Of a stretch of 64,000 nucleotides of DNA, positions 33,576 through 43,437 are shown piece by piece (the stretch's first letter is position 1; every line of letters starts with the position of its first letter). The notes under the pieces were generated by a model. That model saw only the letters and a program-made list of their open reading frames with translations, was not told where the DNA came from and searched no databases. The DNA comes from Opitutia bacterium (GTDB lineage: Bacteria > Verrucomicrobiota > Verrucomicrobiia > Opitutales > T3Sed10-336), in assembly GCA_050506795.1 (NCBI GenBank), contig JBJHCF010000001.1:64001-128000 (forward strand). The letters run 5' to 3'. A program made the position numbers and the translations under genes.

Positions 33576-34040
33576 ATGAACCCATTACAAGGAAAAGTCA
33601 GCCGAAACGGACGCCGGTTTTTGGTCGCAGCGGGGATTATCCTTGCAGTCACGGGGTTGGCCAAGCTTTTTACCGTTACCGGTGACACAACGTTGTTGCG
33701 GGTTTCTGACCCGATTTTCGGGGTCGAGTTTCGGTATTTGATAGCAATGGTAGGTCTAACCGAGCTAGTTATTGCAGGATTTTGTTTCTTTACCAGATGG
33801 GACGCGCTAAGCACCGTCATGGTCGCGTGGATTTCGTCCGGGTTTATGCTTTATCGGGTCGGGATTCGATCTGCTGATTGGCAGAGGCCGTGTGGGTGTT
33901 TGGGAAATCTTACGGATGTGCTAAGAATTCCCTCGCAGATTGCCGAATGGATTTCAATCGGATTGTTGGCGATTCTCCTTGTCGGCAGCTATTGCGCTCT
34001 TTGTGAGGGAATAAGATCGAAAAGGTACGAAACGACGTAA
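33576..34040 (+). CDS. MauE/DoxX-family redox-associated membrane protein
   Basis: Four TM segments, G.AK, E..IA, PCGC.G motif. Confidence 0.75.
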   Translation: MNPLQGKVSRNGRRFLVAAGIILAVTGLAKLFTVTGDTTLLRVSDPIFGVEFRYLIAMVGLTELVIAGFCFFTRWDALSTVMVAWISSGFMLYRVGIRSADWQRPCGCLGNLTDVLRIPSQIAEWISIGLLAILLVGSYCALCEGIRSKRYETT

Positions 34041-34104
34041 AATTGATTCAGGAAAATCATCATAAGGAATCAGTAATTAAAGCAGCTTAAGATTCTAAAT
34101 TTCA

Positions 34105-35277
34105 ATGCACAGACTGAGTAATATAATACTAATTCGATTTCGGGTCCCAAACTGTTGGATTATCCTTATAGGAATCTTCTTTCTCGTCTCTTTCCCGGTT
34201 CGTTCGACGGGAGAAGTCGTGATGGCGCTTGAGGGGAAAGGTACTGCCGGAGTTGTACTTGGAACACAAACGCTTATTTACGAAACTTCCTTTAGCGTTA
34301 TCCTTGCCGTCGATGGTCGGTTTTTGTTCGATTATGACGATCATGTCCATTATCGAAATCGAAATGTGGAATTCGGATATGATGGGGAAAACTTTTTGTA
34401 TTTGATTCGTCCGGGTGACGAAGCGGGCAACCAAGAGGGATTTGCTTATTTGAGTCTGGATACGGAGCATGTACCGATTTTTGGAATTCAAGATGATGTT
34501 CGTGATGCTCTATGGTTGACACTAGGAAGTGGAAGGTTATTTCGCGATCCAGGCTTGTCGGGCACCGAAATCCCCAATCCGTTCCTAGATCCAAGACACT
34601 CTATTGAAGCTCACGGATTTACCTTTGACGCAAAAGTCGTTAATGAACGATTTCCGTTGACATCAGAATTTTTGCTTGTCCGAGATTATGCAGTCGATAA
34701 GGCAACACGAGAGGAAGAAGAACGTCGTTTTGGTTTGAATAGGCTTCATTCATCAGGTGATTTTCAATGGAACCGACGGCAAGAGTGGAAAGACGGACAG
34801 CGTGCCGTCTATTTTGCTTGGGAGAGGGATATCGAGGTAGCCGATTCAGTCAGCGCACCACTTTCATTGGAGGTTTCTGTGTATGATGTTCGACGCCCTG
34901 ATGTGAGTGTCCCTCTTAAGCGGATCCATCTTAGATTTGATTCATGGGAGATCGGCGAACTTGAGAACAAGCGTTTCCTTCCAATGATCGAGGGAAGAAT
35001 TTACGTGACGGATTTCCGCGTGCGGCGCCGAGATAGCGATTTTGATATCGATTTCGTGAATTATTACGTTGGACCTGAATCTGAAACAGGCGAGTGGCGC
35101 AGAAAAGATGATCCTTGGCTTCTAGAACGTGCGGCCTATCAAGCGACAACGCATACCAACATAGAAGGAAGGATTGTCTCGAATCGTATTGTTGTTATTG
35201 TGATTGGATTGAGTGCGCTCTTACTTCCATTAGTGATTGTAAAGATGACACAGAAAGGTAATATGAGTGAGGATTAG
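34105..35277 (+). CDS. Hypothetical exported protein with a C-terminal TM anchor
   Basis: 390-aa ORF with N-terminal hydrophobic signal and C-terminal TM helix; AT-richer than the flanks. Confidence 0.7.
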   Translation: MHRLSNIILIRFRVPNCWIILIGIFFLVSFPVRSTGEVVMALEGKGTAGVVLGTQTLIYETSFSVILAVDGRFLFDYDDHVHYRNRNVEFGYDGENFLYLIRPGDEAGNQEGFAYLSLDTEHVPIFGIQDDVRDALWLTLGSGRLFRDPGLSGTEIPNPFLDPRHSIEAHGFTFDAKVVNERFPLTSEFLLVRDYAVDKATREEEERRFGLNRLHSSGDFQWNRRQEWKDGQRAVYFAWERDIEVADSVSAPLSLEVSVYDVRRPDVSVPLKRIHLRFDSWEIGELENKRFLPMIEGRIYVTDFRVRRRDSDFDIDFVNYYVGPESETGEWRRKDDPWLLERAAYQATTHTNIEGRIVSNRIVVIVIGLSALLLPLVIVKMTQKGNMSED

Positions 35278-35346
35278 GGTTGTTGAAACTTGGAAATGAA
35301 AACTTTTTGTGAGTCCTGTAATGTTAATGAACGAAGGGTTAAATCA

Positions 35347-35748
35347 ATGAATAAAAAAATATCGTTAATCAGAATGAGACTACCTGCTTTCTTACTTCTA
35401 TTGGTGATCTCGGGAATAGCCGGCGTTGGGCATTTGGTTCTTTATGCTGGTGGAGGTGGTTCTCCGCCTGGATATCAGTGTCAAGCGGCCGGAGGGCCGA
35501 AGCAGTTTCCACCAGCAGACGGGGTGAATCCTTGTGAGAGTCAACTTAACCCAACCTGTGAGCCAACCAGATGTGCGTCAATACGTCGACCAAGGGCCTG
35601 TAATTTGGTTCCAGGTGGATCTGGCGATTGCACCGAGGAATCTGGTTGTAACTCTATTTTCGTTAGTCATGTATATTGCGAGTGGAGTTCACAACAAATC
35701 TGTGTTTGCCCACAACAACACCCCCCTGGTAGTCCCGGTGAATTATGA
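35347..35748 (+). CDS. Small secreted cysteine-rich protein (10 Cys)
   Basis: MNKK plus hydrophobic leader, GGGGS linker, 10 Cys in the roughly 100-aa mature part. Confidence 0.7.
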   Translation: MNKKISLIRMRLPAFLLLLVISGIAGVGHLVLYAGGGGSPPGYQCQAAGGPKQFPPADGVNPCESQLNPTCEPTRCASIRRPRACNLVPGGSGDCTEESGCNSIFVSHVYCEWSSQQICVCPQQHPPGSPGEL

Positions 35749-36156
35749 AGTATTATACTTGATGTAGAGATGCGTTCCGTTAGTCAATTCGATATGTCGG
35801 ACCGAAGGCATTCATGTTAGAGTCGATCATACTTGGCAGGGTATTTCCTTGGCTATTGGGTCCGACCGTCCTGTGGGTTGGCCTTTTTGACATGACATTC
35901 TATGCGCCTAGTATTTGAGGCGAGGCGCGATTGATTTTCTGTGAGAAAATGCGAGAACGAGTAAAGTTGTTGCAGATAAGAAAAATTCAGACACGATTTT
36001 AACTTATCGATCACGCTTCAACCCGATCAGCCAGGGCGGGTCGGGTGTTAGTTTAACAAGCAAGATTCGATAACTACACTTTTACTAGGCTACTCCTCGC
36101 TAGTATTCGGGAGTCGTAGCGAATCAATTGCTTAATTTGAATTAGCGATTCGGGTA

Positions 36157-36693
36157 ATGCGGCTACCAGGAATTATGGCATGTTTGGATTATCAGGTAAT
36201 GCGATTTCTGCTTGTGGGATTTCTCGCGGCGGGCGTGGAATTTGTTTTTTTTAACTGGTTCGTTCGGTTCTTCTGGTGTTCGGTTCGTGTGCGGGCTAAT
36301 CTGGTTGCGGTAACGGTCGCCATGTCGCTAAGTTTTCTTTTGAACCGAAATTGGACCTTCGCGGATACGAATTCTGGGAGTTGGCCGGTGATGGAGTTTG
36401 TGGTGGTGACGCTTATTGCGGCTTATGGCCTTCAGTCGTTTGTGATTTGGGTCCTTTCGGTTAATTCGGCTGAAGCTGTATCCGGCGAGGATGTGGGACG
36501 ACGGATTGATGTATCGTGGATTGGGTTGCCTGGGCGCGAAGTGAAGCGGTTGGCTTACGGTCTGGCGGGGTGCGGTGGCGCCGCGTCGGCGGGTCGGGTG
36601 GATTTTGTGGAGCGTAATTTGGTCAAGGGGGCGGCGTTGGGAGTGGCCTTGATTTGGAATTTTTCATGGTACCGGTGGTATGTGTTTTCTTAA
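36157..36693 (+). CDS. GtrA family protein (start may be 36175 or 36199)
   Basis: RFLLVG, AN......SF.LNR.WTF, terminal WNF...RW.VF. Confidence 0.85.
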   Translation: MRLPGIMACLDYQVMRFLLVGFLAAGVEFVFFNWFVRFFWCSVRVRANLVAVTVAMSLSFLLNRNWTFADTNSGSWPVMEFVVVTLIAAYGLQSFVIWVLSVNSAEAVSGEDVGRRIDVSWIGLPGREVKRLAYGLAGCGGAASAGRVDFVERNLVKGAALGVALIWNFSWYRWYVFS

Positions 36694-36703
36694 ACTGATC
36701 GGA

Positions 36704-37024
36704 GGAACAACGAAACACACGAAACACACGAAAGACACGAAATGAGGGGAATGAAATGATATTGAATGGGATCCTCGGGTGGAGGCACGGAGATGGAGGC
36801 GGGCAGCGATGTCGGCGTTCGCGGGATGGTGTTCAGGCAGAGGTACGAAGATAATGAAGAAGGGTATTGGCCACAGAGATCACAAAGAACACAGACTGGT
36901 GAATTTAGCTGAGAACCGACAACGTTTGCGCGCCGATGCGGTAGGTGACGATTTCCAGTCCGGCGGCACGGGCGGAGCCGTGCCCTCCAGGATTTTTTCG
37001 TGCTTTTCGTGTGTTTCGTTGTCC
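36704..37024. repeat. ACGAAACACAC-family inverted repeat pair
   Basis: Forward arm 36704-36742 (four 9-bp-periodic units), reverse arm 36993-37024. Confidence 0.85.
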
Positions 37025-37052
37025 GAAATATTTCCGCGGTCCAGGCTGCTCT

Positions 37053-38549
37053 ATGGAGAATAGAAAGAGGACTGTCATCGTTGGGGCGGGTCCGGCGGGG
37101 TTGACGGCGGCGGCGGAGTTGACCGGGTCGGGGTATGAGGTGACGGTGCTGGAGGCGGACAAGGACTATGTGGGAGGGATTTCGCGTACCGTCCGGTACA
37201 AGGATTTTCGCTTCGATATCGGCGGACACCGGTTTTTCAGCAAGAATGCTTCCATCGTGGCTTGGTGGAAGGCGCGGTTGCCGGACGATTTTTTAAGCGT
37301 CCGGAGGCAGTCCCGGATTTTTTACGGTGGACGGTTTTACGACTATCCGTTGCGTCCGGCAAACGCTTTGCGGAATCTGGGCGTTTTCAAGAGTACCGCT
37401 TGTGTCATCAGCTACCTCCGCAGACGGGTGTTTCCGGTGAAGCCGGAGGTGACGTTTGAGGATTGGGTGACCAATCGGTTCGGCGACAGGCTGTTCGAGA
37501 CTTTCTTCAAAACGTATACGGAAAAGGTCTGGGGTATGCCGTGTTCCGAGATCAGCGCGGACTGGGCGAGCCAGCGGATTAAGGGGCTTTCGTTAAAGGA
37601 GGCGGTGCTGGGTGCGTTTCGGGCTCAGGGGAGCGGCAACGGCGTCATCAAGACCTTGATCGACGAGTTCCAGTACCCGCGCCTGGGGCCGGGGATGATG
37701 TGGGAGAGGACCCGCGATGATCTTGCGGATGCCGGAATCCGGGTTCGCATGGGGCGAAAGGTTACGGAGATCCATCGGCACCACGGTCGAGTGGGGTTTA
37801 TGCGGACGGTCGATGCGTCCGGGAAGATGGAGGATTGGGAGGCGGACGAATTCATCGTGTCGATGCCTCTGCGCGATTGCGTGCTGGCGCTGCGGCCGGG
37901 GTTGAGTGAGGAGGCGTGCGTGGCGGCTCGCGGTTTGCGGTACCGTGATTTTCTTACCGTGGCCTTGATTGTCGAGGCGGAGGACTTGTTTCCGGACAAC
38001 TGGATTTACATCCATGACGCGACGGTTTCGGTCGGACGAATCCAGAACTTCAACAACTGGAGTTCCGAGATGGTGGGGCGGCCGGGGGTGAGCTGTCTCG
38101 GGCTTGAATATTTCTGCAACGAGGGCGATTCCCTCTGGGAGAGTTCCGATGAGGCTTTGCTCGCGCTGGCGAAATCCGAAATCGGCAAGGTGGGACTGGC
38201 GCGGCCGGAGTCGGTGATTGACGGGTGCGTGGTGCGGATGGAGAAGGCGTATCCGGTTTACGACGGGGAATATGTCGAGCGGGTGAACACGATTCGCCAG
38301 GGGCTTTCGGTCCTGCAGAACTTACAGGTGGCCGGGCGGAACGGGATGCACAAGTACAACAACCAGGACCATTCGATGATGACGGGCATCCTGGCGGCGC
38401 AACGGATCCAGGGCGGGACGCTGGACCCGTGGCGGGTGAACACCGACGCCGAGTATCACGAAGGCGGTTCCAGCGAGCGCGAGGTCGGTCGCTTGGTGCC
38501 GGGCCGAGTGGAAAAGGATACTGTGGAAAGGACGACGGGGATCGAATAA
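37053..38549 (+). CDS. NAD(P)/FAD-dependent oxidoreductase (HemY/UDP-galactopyranose-mutase-like superfamily)
   Basis: GAGPAGL.AA, GG.SRT, DIGGHRFF, YT.KVWG, YP.LG.G, AYPVY, GRNG.H.Y.NQDHS. Confidence 0.85.
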   Translation: MENRKRTVIVGAGPAGLTAAAELTGSGYEVTVLEADKDYVGGISRTVRYKDFRFDIGGHRFFSKNASIVAWWKARLPDDFLSVRRQSRIFYGGRFYDYPLRPANALRNLGVFKSTACVISYLRRRVFPVKPEVTFEDWVTNRFGDRLFETFFKTYTEKVWGMPCSEISADWASQRIKGLSLKEAVLGAFRAQGSGNGVIKTLIDEFQYPRLGPGMMWERTRDDLADAGIRVRMGRKVTEIHRHHGRVGFMRTVDASGKMEDWEADEFIVSMPLRDCVLALRPGLSEEACVAARGLRYRDFLTVALIVEAEDLFPDNWIYIHDATVSVGRIQNFNNWSSEMVGRPGVSCLGLEYFCNEGDSLWESSDEALLALAKSEIGKVGLARPESVIDGCVVRMEKAYPVYDGEYVERVNTIRQGLSVLQNLQVAGRNGMHKYNNQDHSMMTGILAAQRIQGGTLDPWRVNTDAEYHEGGSSEREVGRLVPGRVEKDTVERTTGIE

Positions 38550-40410
38550 TGCGTGTCCTACTTGCCGCGTATTTTTCCGTGGTGATCACCGCCGGTGTCC
38601 TGGTGGCGACGGGGCTGGTGCCGGATTGGGGGCGGTGGTACTCCAATCACCTGGCTTACCGCTGGCAGACGGAGGCGCTGCTGAGCGGGTCGGTGTCGAT
38701 CGGTACCGAGGCGCGGTACCTGGTGTGGGACAAGGTCTGGGCGAATGGAAACGTGCAACAGGCCTGGGGCCTGGGCGTGCCGTTCTGGAGGTTGCCTTTT
38801 GAAGCGGCGGCCGGAGTTTTGGGGCTGGGCATGTTTCCCGACCGAATCGCGTTCGGGGTGGCGTGGGCATCGGTTGTTTTTCTTTTGATGCGTCTGTTCG
38901 TTTTGCCGGGAAACACGAAAGACCCGATGGCGTTCTTGAGACAGAAGCCGGAAGCCTTTTGTGCGTTTGTCGTGTTGGCGCTGTTTCCCCCTCTGCTCAC
39001 GATGTGCCGGTTCCGGTTCGTGGTGTACGAGGAGGCGGCGGCTTACAGTTTCCTGGCGGGGATGGGGTTGTTCGCCGGGACCTTGCTGTTTTTCCGTCGG
39101 CCCACGTTGCGGGTGTTCCTGGTGCTGGCCGCCCTGGCGGGTCTGGCCCCGTTCGTGCGTCCGACGTTGTTGGCTTACGGCGTGACAACAATGCTGGTGA
39201 TCTCGTACGGCGCGTGGCGGCTCGGATGGTCCTATCCGAGGATGGCCGCGGGGCTGGGCTTGTTCGCGCTGGGGAGCGTCCTGCTTTTCGCCTCCAATCA
39301 TGTCCGGTTTGGAGCCCCGCTTGAGTTCGGGCACGGAGTCAACTTGAACACGGTCGATTCAATGCGCTACACGAGCCGGTTCGATCATCCGTTCCGTTCG
39401 GAGCCGCCTGGCTCGGCCGCGGTGGAATTGACCTCCGCGTTGTTTGTCGCCGGGAATACGTTCACCGGATATCAATGGTACGCCCCGGAATTGATTCCGG
39501 GACAGTCGTCCACGCATCGGTGGCGGGAGTTTTATTTCAAGACGTACGATGTAAGCTTCGCCCTGATGCTGGTTATTGCCTGGGGATGGGGGATTTGGGG
39601 GAAAGGACGAGGGTGGAGGGGCGAGGGTGGAGGGGCGAAGGAGAAGGGGCGAGGGGCGAGGGGGGTGGTGCGTGGCCGGAGATTGGGGTGATGGTGGCTT
39701 GGTCGCTGATTGCTTCGGTTCCGATTTTTCTGTTCTATTTGCGGGCGCCGTTTTTGGCGTCCCGGTATTTGCTGGATTTCGGACCGGCGTTTGCGGTGGC
39801 GGCGGCGGTTTTTGTGTTCTGGTGCGGAGGGGTGGCGCGGGCGTACGTTCGCTCGCGGCGGTACGCGAACGGGATCGTTGTGACGGTGTTTTTCCTGTGG
39901 TGGGGGTGGCAGGTTTTTACGGCGCAAGGCGCTTTCGATCCGGCGCCGGTTCTGACGCGCGAGCAACTGTCGACGCGCATGGCGATGGTGAGGGGAGAGG
40001 CTTCCGAGGTTCGGTTGCCGGACGAGTACCGGGCGGGGATGGATGCGGAGCGCGCGTGGCCGCCGTTCAACGCGGCCGGATGGGACCTTGAAACCGGGCC
40101 CACCAGGGCGGCGGTCACCCTTTTTGTTCCCGGAGTGAAGGAGTTGATATTGGAAATAGCGCCTGCCGAAGAGGCGTCGCTCGCGGCTGACGACTACAAA
40201 CGGATCCAAGCGAAGGTGGGCGTGGAATTCCTGGAGCGTATGCGTATCGAGGAGACGGACGAGGGGCGTCGTTTGGTGTTCCGGGGACCGAAGCGGGAGA
40301 TCTATCGAAACGGTATGCAGGCGGCGTTTTTAGGTTTCGCATGCGCCGAAACGGTGACCGATGGGGATTCGGATTTCCGGCTTTTGCGGGTCGAGTGGAA
40401 AGAATGGTAA
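38549..40410 (+). pseudogene. Polytopic membrane protein (GT-C-like), split by a frameshift in a purine-rich heptamer array
   Basis: The N-terminal part (ATG 38549 to about 39600) and the C-terminal part (about 39670-40410, another frame) are each colinear with the intact paralogue 40586..42409. Confidence 0.8.
39604..39680 (+). repeat. Intragenic heptamer array (GGGGCGA consensus, 8-11 units) including a G6 run
   Basis: aggacga gggtgga ggggcga gggtgga ggggcga aggagaa ggggcga ggggcga ggggggt ... Confidence 0.85.
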
Positions 40411-40418
40411 AGGAGGGG

Positions 40419-40556
40419 GAAACAACGAAACACACGAAAGGCACGAAAAAATACAGAGGAGAAAATTTTGATTCAGAAAACCACCTTGCTGACTCTTCTT
40501 CAAAAAAGGCACAGATTGTTATCCATTTTCGTGCCTTTCGTGTGTTTCGTTGTTTC
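40419..40556. repeat. ACGAAACACAC-family element with perfect 31-bp terminal inverted repeats
   Basis: gaaacaacgaaacacacgaaaggcacgaaaa (40419-40449) and its exact reverse complement (40526-40556). Confidence 0.92.
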
Positions 40557-40585
40557 AAAATAAATCCGAGCACAGGCTCCAATCA

Positions 40586-42409
40586 ATGCGGCTTCGAATT
40601 TTATTAATCTATTTTGCCATTGTGGCGGCTGTGGGGGTGGTGGTGGGTACGGGGCTGATCACCGGGCCGGGGGCTTGGTACTCGGTGAGCATGCCTTATC
40701 GGTACCAGACGGAAGCGTTTCTTCGGGGGGAGATCGCTCTGTCCAAAGAACCGACCGGATTGATGCACGACCATGTGTGGGCCGAGGGAGGCGTGCATCA
40801 GGTTTGGGGGCTGGGAGTTCCGGTGTGGCGGTTGCCGTTCGAGGCGGCGGCCAAACTTGTGGGGCAACCGATGTTTCCCGACCGGATCGCCTTGGCACTG
40901 GCCCTGGCGCTGTTCGCCTACGTTGTGCTGGCGTCGGTGACGAATCGCGCGGGCGCGGGTAGTGTGACGGAATGGATCGACGGGATAAGGCGGCATCCCG
41001 AGCTCATCATGGTCGCAGTGCTGCTAATCCTGTTTCCGCCACTACTGGCATTGTTGCGGGGGCCGTTCAACGTGTACGAAGAAGCGGTTGCGTACGGGTG
41101 CCTGGTGGCCATTGGCCTTCTGGCAGCCCTGCTTGCGCTGGCTCGTCGTCCTGTGATGAGGAATTACCTGTTCTTATGTTTGGCCGCGGGACTCATCGGT
41201 TTCGTCCGACCGACCATGTTGGCCTACGGAATGGCTACCGTGCTGCTCGCCTTTTGCATCGCCTGGCGTTCCGGTTGGAGCTGGAGGCTCCAATGGAGCG
41301 GATGGGTGGCTTTTGTCGCGGGGGTTGGGTTGTTGTTCGCGACCAACGCAATGCGTTACGGGTCCCCCTTTGAGTTCGGGCACCGGTTGAACGTGACCGG
41401 ACTGGATCTGATCTACGCCTCCCGTTTCGAAGCCTTGTACCATAGCGAATCTTTTGTGGCGGCGGCGAAGGAGTTGTTCGGTTCGGTTTTTCTGACCAGG
41501 GAAATGAACGGCTTTGCCGTGTATCAGGAAGGGGTGGTGCCCATGCAGGCGCCGAGCCCGCGATGGCGTCATTTCTACCAGCCGACTTTCGGTCCGACCT
41601 ATTTGGTGTTGCTCGCGGCCGGTTGGTTGCTGGGCCTTCGCAAGTTGGTGATGGAGTTCGTCAGGCACCGCGATCTTCGATTGGATGCCACCACGGTGGC
41701 CGCCGCGTGGTCGTTCGGGGCCATGATTCCGATCGCTTATTTTCTCCTGCATTTTCACGCCAGTTCTTCGCGCTACATCCTGGATTTCGCGCCCGGAATC
41801 GCGGCCGGAATAGCGGCGGGGCTGTACGCGCTGAAGGACCTTCCGCAACGATGGAGGGGCCGGCGGACAATGGGGGCGCTCGCCGCGGTTTTCTTGTTGT
41901 GGTGGGGATGGCAGGTGTTTCAAGCCGACTACGATCCACCGGGCCGCGCGCCGCTGAACCGAGCACAGGCTGAGGCGTTTTTCAGGGATAACGTGCCTCC
42001 TTTTGGCGGGCTTCCCTCGGAGTACGCCCTCGGTGACGGTTCATTGGCCCGTTCGGGAATCCACGGTAATGTGCTTGGATGGCGAGCGGATGACGGTCGG
42101 GTGCGGCCGACGGCGGTGGTATTCGTCGAAGACATGGAATGGCTGAAAATCGACCTGGCGCCGGCATTGGGGGAATTTTTGCCACGGGAGCACTACGCCA
42201 TGGTCCGGGCCAAAGTCGGACTGGAGGAGTTGGTGCTGACGTCGATGGAAGAGACGGAGGACGGTTGGCGCTTGGAGTTCGCCGCACCCGAGAGGGCGGC
42301 GTACCGCGAAGGGGTGCAAGTGGTTTTCCTGGCCTTGGTTCCGGTGGAGGATTTTCTGGAAAGCTACTCTCCGTTCGTACTTTCCCGCGTGGCCTGGAGG
42401 AGCGAATAG
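40586..42409 (+). CDS. Polytopic membrane protein with periplasmic C-terminal domain, putative GT-C glycosyltransferase
   Basis: Many TM segments; motifs shared with the paralogue (YR.QTEA.L.G, WGLGVP.WRLPFE, FPDRIA, VYEE, RPT, P.EFGH, SRY.LDF). The GT-C call is inferred from topology and the GtrA context. Confidence 0.65.
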   Translation: MRLRILLIYFAIVAAVGVVVGTGLITGPGAWYSVSMPYRYQTEAFLRGEIALSKEPTGLMHDHVWAEGGVHQVWGLGVPVWRLPFEAAAKLVGQPMFPDRIALALALALFAYVVLASVTNRAGAGSVTEWIDGIRRHPELIMVAVLLILFPPLLALLRGPFNVYEEAVAYGCLVAIGLLAALLALARRPVMRNYLFLCLAAGLIGFVRPTMLAYGMATVLLAFCIAWRSGWSWRLQWSGWVAFVAGVGLLFATNAMRYGSPFEFGHRLNVTGLDLIYASRFEALYHSESFVAAAKELFGSVFLTREMNGFAVYQEGVVPMQAPSPRWRHFYQPTFGPTYLVLLAAGWLLGLRKLVMEFVRHRDLRLDATTVAAAWSFGAMIPIAYFLLHFHASSSRYILDFAPGIAAGIAAGLYALKDLPQRWRGRRTMGALAAVFLLWWGWQVFQADYDPPGRAPLNRAQAEAFFRDNVPPFGGLPSEYALGDGSLARSGIHGNVLGWRADDGRVRPTAVVFVEDMEWLKIDLAPALGEFLPREHYAMVRAKVGLEELVLTSMEETEDGWRLEFAAPERAAYREGVQVVFLALVPVEDFLESYSPFVLSRVAWRSE

Positions 42410-42435
42410 GACGGTGGAAAGGTGGCTGATGGAGA

Positions 42436-42557
42436 GGGAACAACGAAACACACAAAAGGACTATGTTTTATGGGTGGAAAAGGAAATATTCCAAGGAGGG
42501 AAAGCCACCGCGTGATGTCATCCATTTTCGTGCTTTTTGTGTGTTTCGTTGTTTCCC
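42436..42557. repeat. ACGAAACACAC-family inverted repeat pair
   Basis: Forward arm 42436-42460, reverse arm 42525-42557. Confidence 0.85.
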
Positions 42558-42613
42558 AAAATCCGAATAATAATTAACCTATCCTCTAGTCAGATTAACT
42601 GCTGATTCTTACC

Positions 42614-43348
42614 ATGAAATCAATATCCCGAAATCTCCCGAACCCTGAGGTAACGAGAAGCGGGTTCACTTGGATTGAGTGCCTGGTGGTGGTGGCGGTG
42701 CTTGGCGTGCTGGCGGCGGTGCTGGTTCCGGTGGTCGGGAAAATGCGCGAATCGGCCCGGCGGGCGGCGTGCGCGGAGAACCTTCGGGTGATCGGCAACG
42801 CGGCGTTGCATTATGCCGAGGAATGGGACGGTCGTTTTCCCAGGATGGATCCGGGGGGAAGGTGGCCGTGGGATGTGTCGGTAAACGTCACCTATGCGCT
42901 GAGCCCATACGGGACGATCCGTGACACCTTTTATTGCCCTTCCGGGCCGTTTGATGAGCGGGCGGTGCTTTGGGATCACGGGGTGAGTTTTACCCGCGGA
43001 GGGGAGCGGGGAAGTCGTACGATATCGTACGTTCTTTTATTTGAGCGCGCGCCCAGGGTTTTGCCTCAATACACGCATTCGCGCCTCCCGGCGACCGGTT
43101 CGGGGGGTGAGGCGGTGGGCCCGCAAGAACTCGCGGTCGATGCCGTTCTTTCCGCGGGCGGCGGACGACACGCCAACTTTCATCGTATCATTCACGGCAG
43201 CATGCCGCGCCCGGATCGGACGAATCACCTGAACGGCACCCAACCCGCCGGCGGAAACGTGTTGTTCCTGGATGGGCATGTCGCCTGGCGGGATTTTGAG
43301 GAAATGGACGAGACCAAAGTCACCGGCGTTCCGGTGTTTTGGTGGTGA
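42614..43348 (+). CDS. Prepilin-type H-X9-DG protein, paralogue of 31808..32581
   Basis: GFTWIE, RESARRA.C..NLR, WPWDVS, ELAVDAVLS, PDRTNHL.G..P.GGN.LF.DGHV.W, ends FWW. Confidence 0.88.
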   Translation: MKSISRNLPNPEVTRSGFTWIECLVVVAVLGVLAAVLVPVVGKMRESARRAACAENLRVIGNAALHYAEEWDGRFPRMDPGGRWPWDVSVNVTYALSPYGTIRDTFYCPSGPFDERAVLWDHGVSFTRGGERGSRTISYVLLFERAPRVLPQYTHSRLPATGSGGEAVGPQELAVDAVLSAGGGRHANFHRIIHGSMPRPDRTNHLNGTQPAGGNVLFLDGHVAWRDFEEMDETKVTGVPVFWW

Positions 43349-43403
43349 GCGGCTTGCGCCGGCTGCTGGTTCCTGGTTCCTGGTTTGGAGGTTTGCTGCG
43401 CAC

Positions 43404-43434
43404 TTGACACTCTAAATGGTGAAAATATGTTCAC
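43404..43434 (+). promoter_or_regulatory. Sigma70-like promoter (TTGACA-16-TATGTT) overlapped by the palindrome GTGAAAATATGTTCAC, candidate SOS operator
   Basis: Lies directly upstream of imuA; the core GAAA-N4-GTTC is one mismatch from GAAC-N4-GTTC. Confidence 0.55.
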
Positions 43435-43437
43435 TTT

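Noticed and set aside
35746..35820. Selenocysteine or readthrough at the TGA of the Cys-rich protein (23 more codons ending in Cys)
   Set aside because: No convincing SECIS-like hairpin after the TGA, and the 10 Cys already pair evenly; cannot be supported.
36704..42557. Inverted-repeat elements as integron attC sites
   Set aside because: No GTTRRRY/RYYYAAC cores recognised and no tyrosine integrase in the window.
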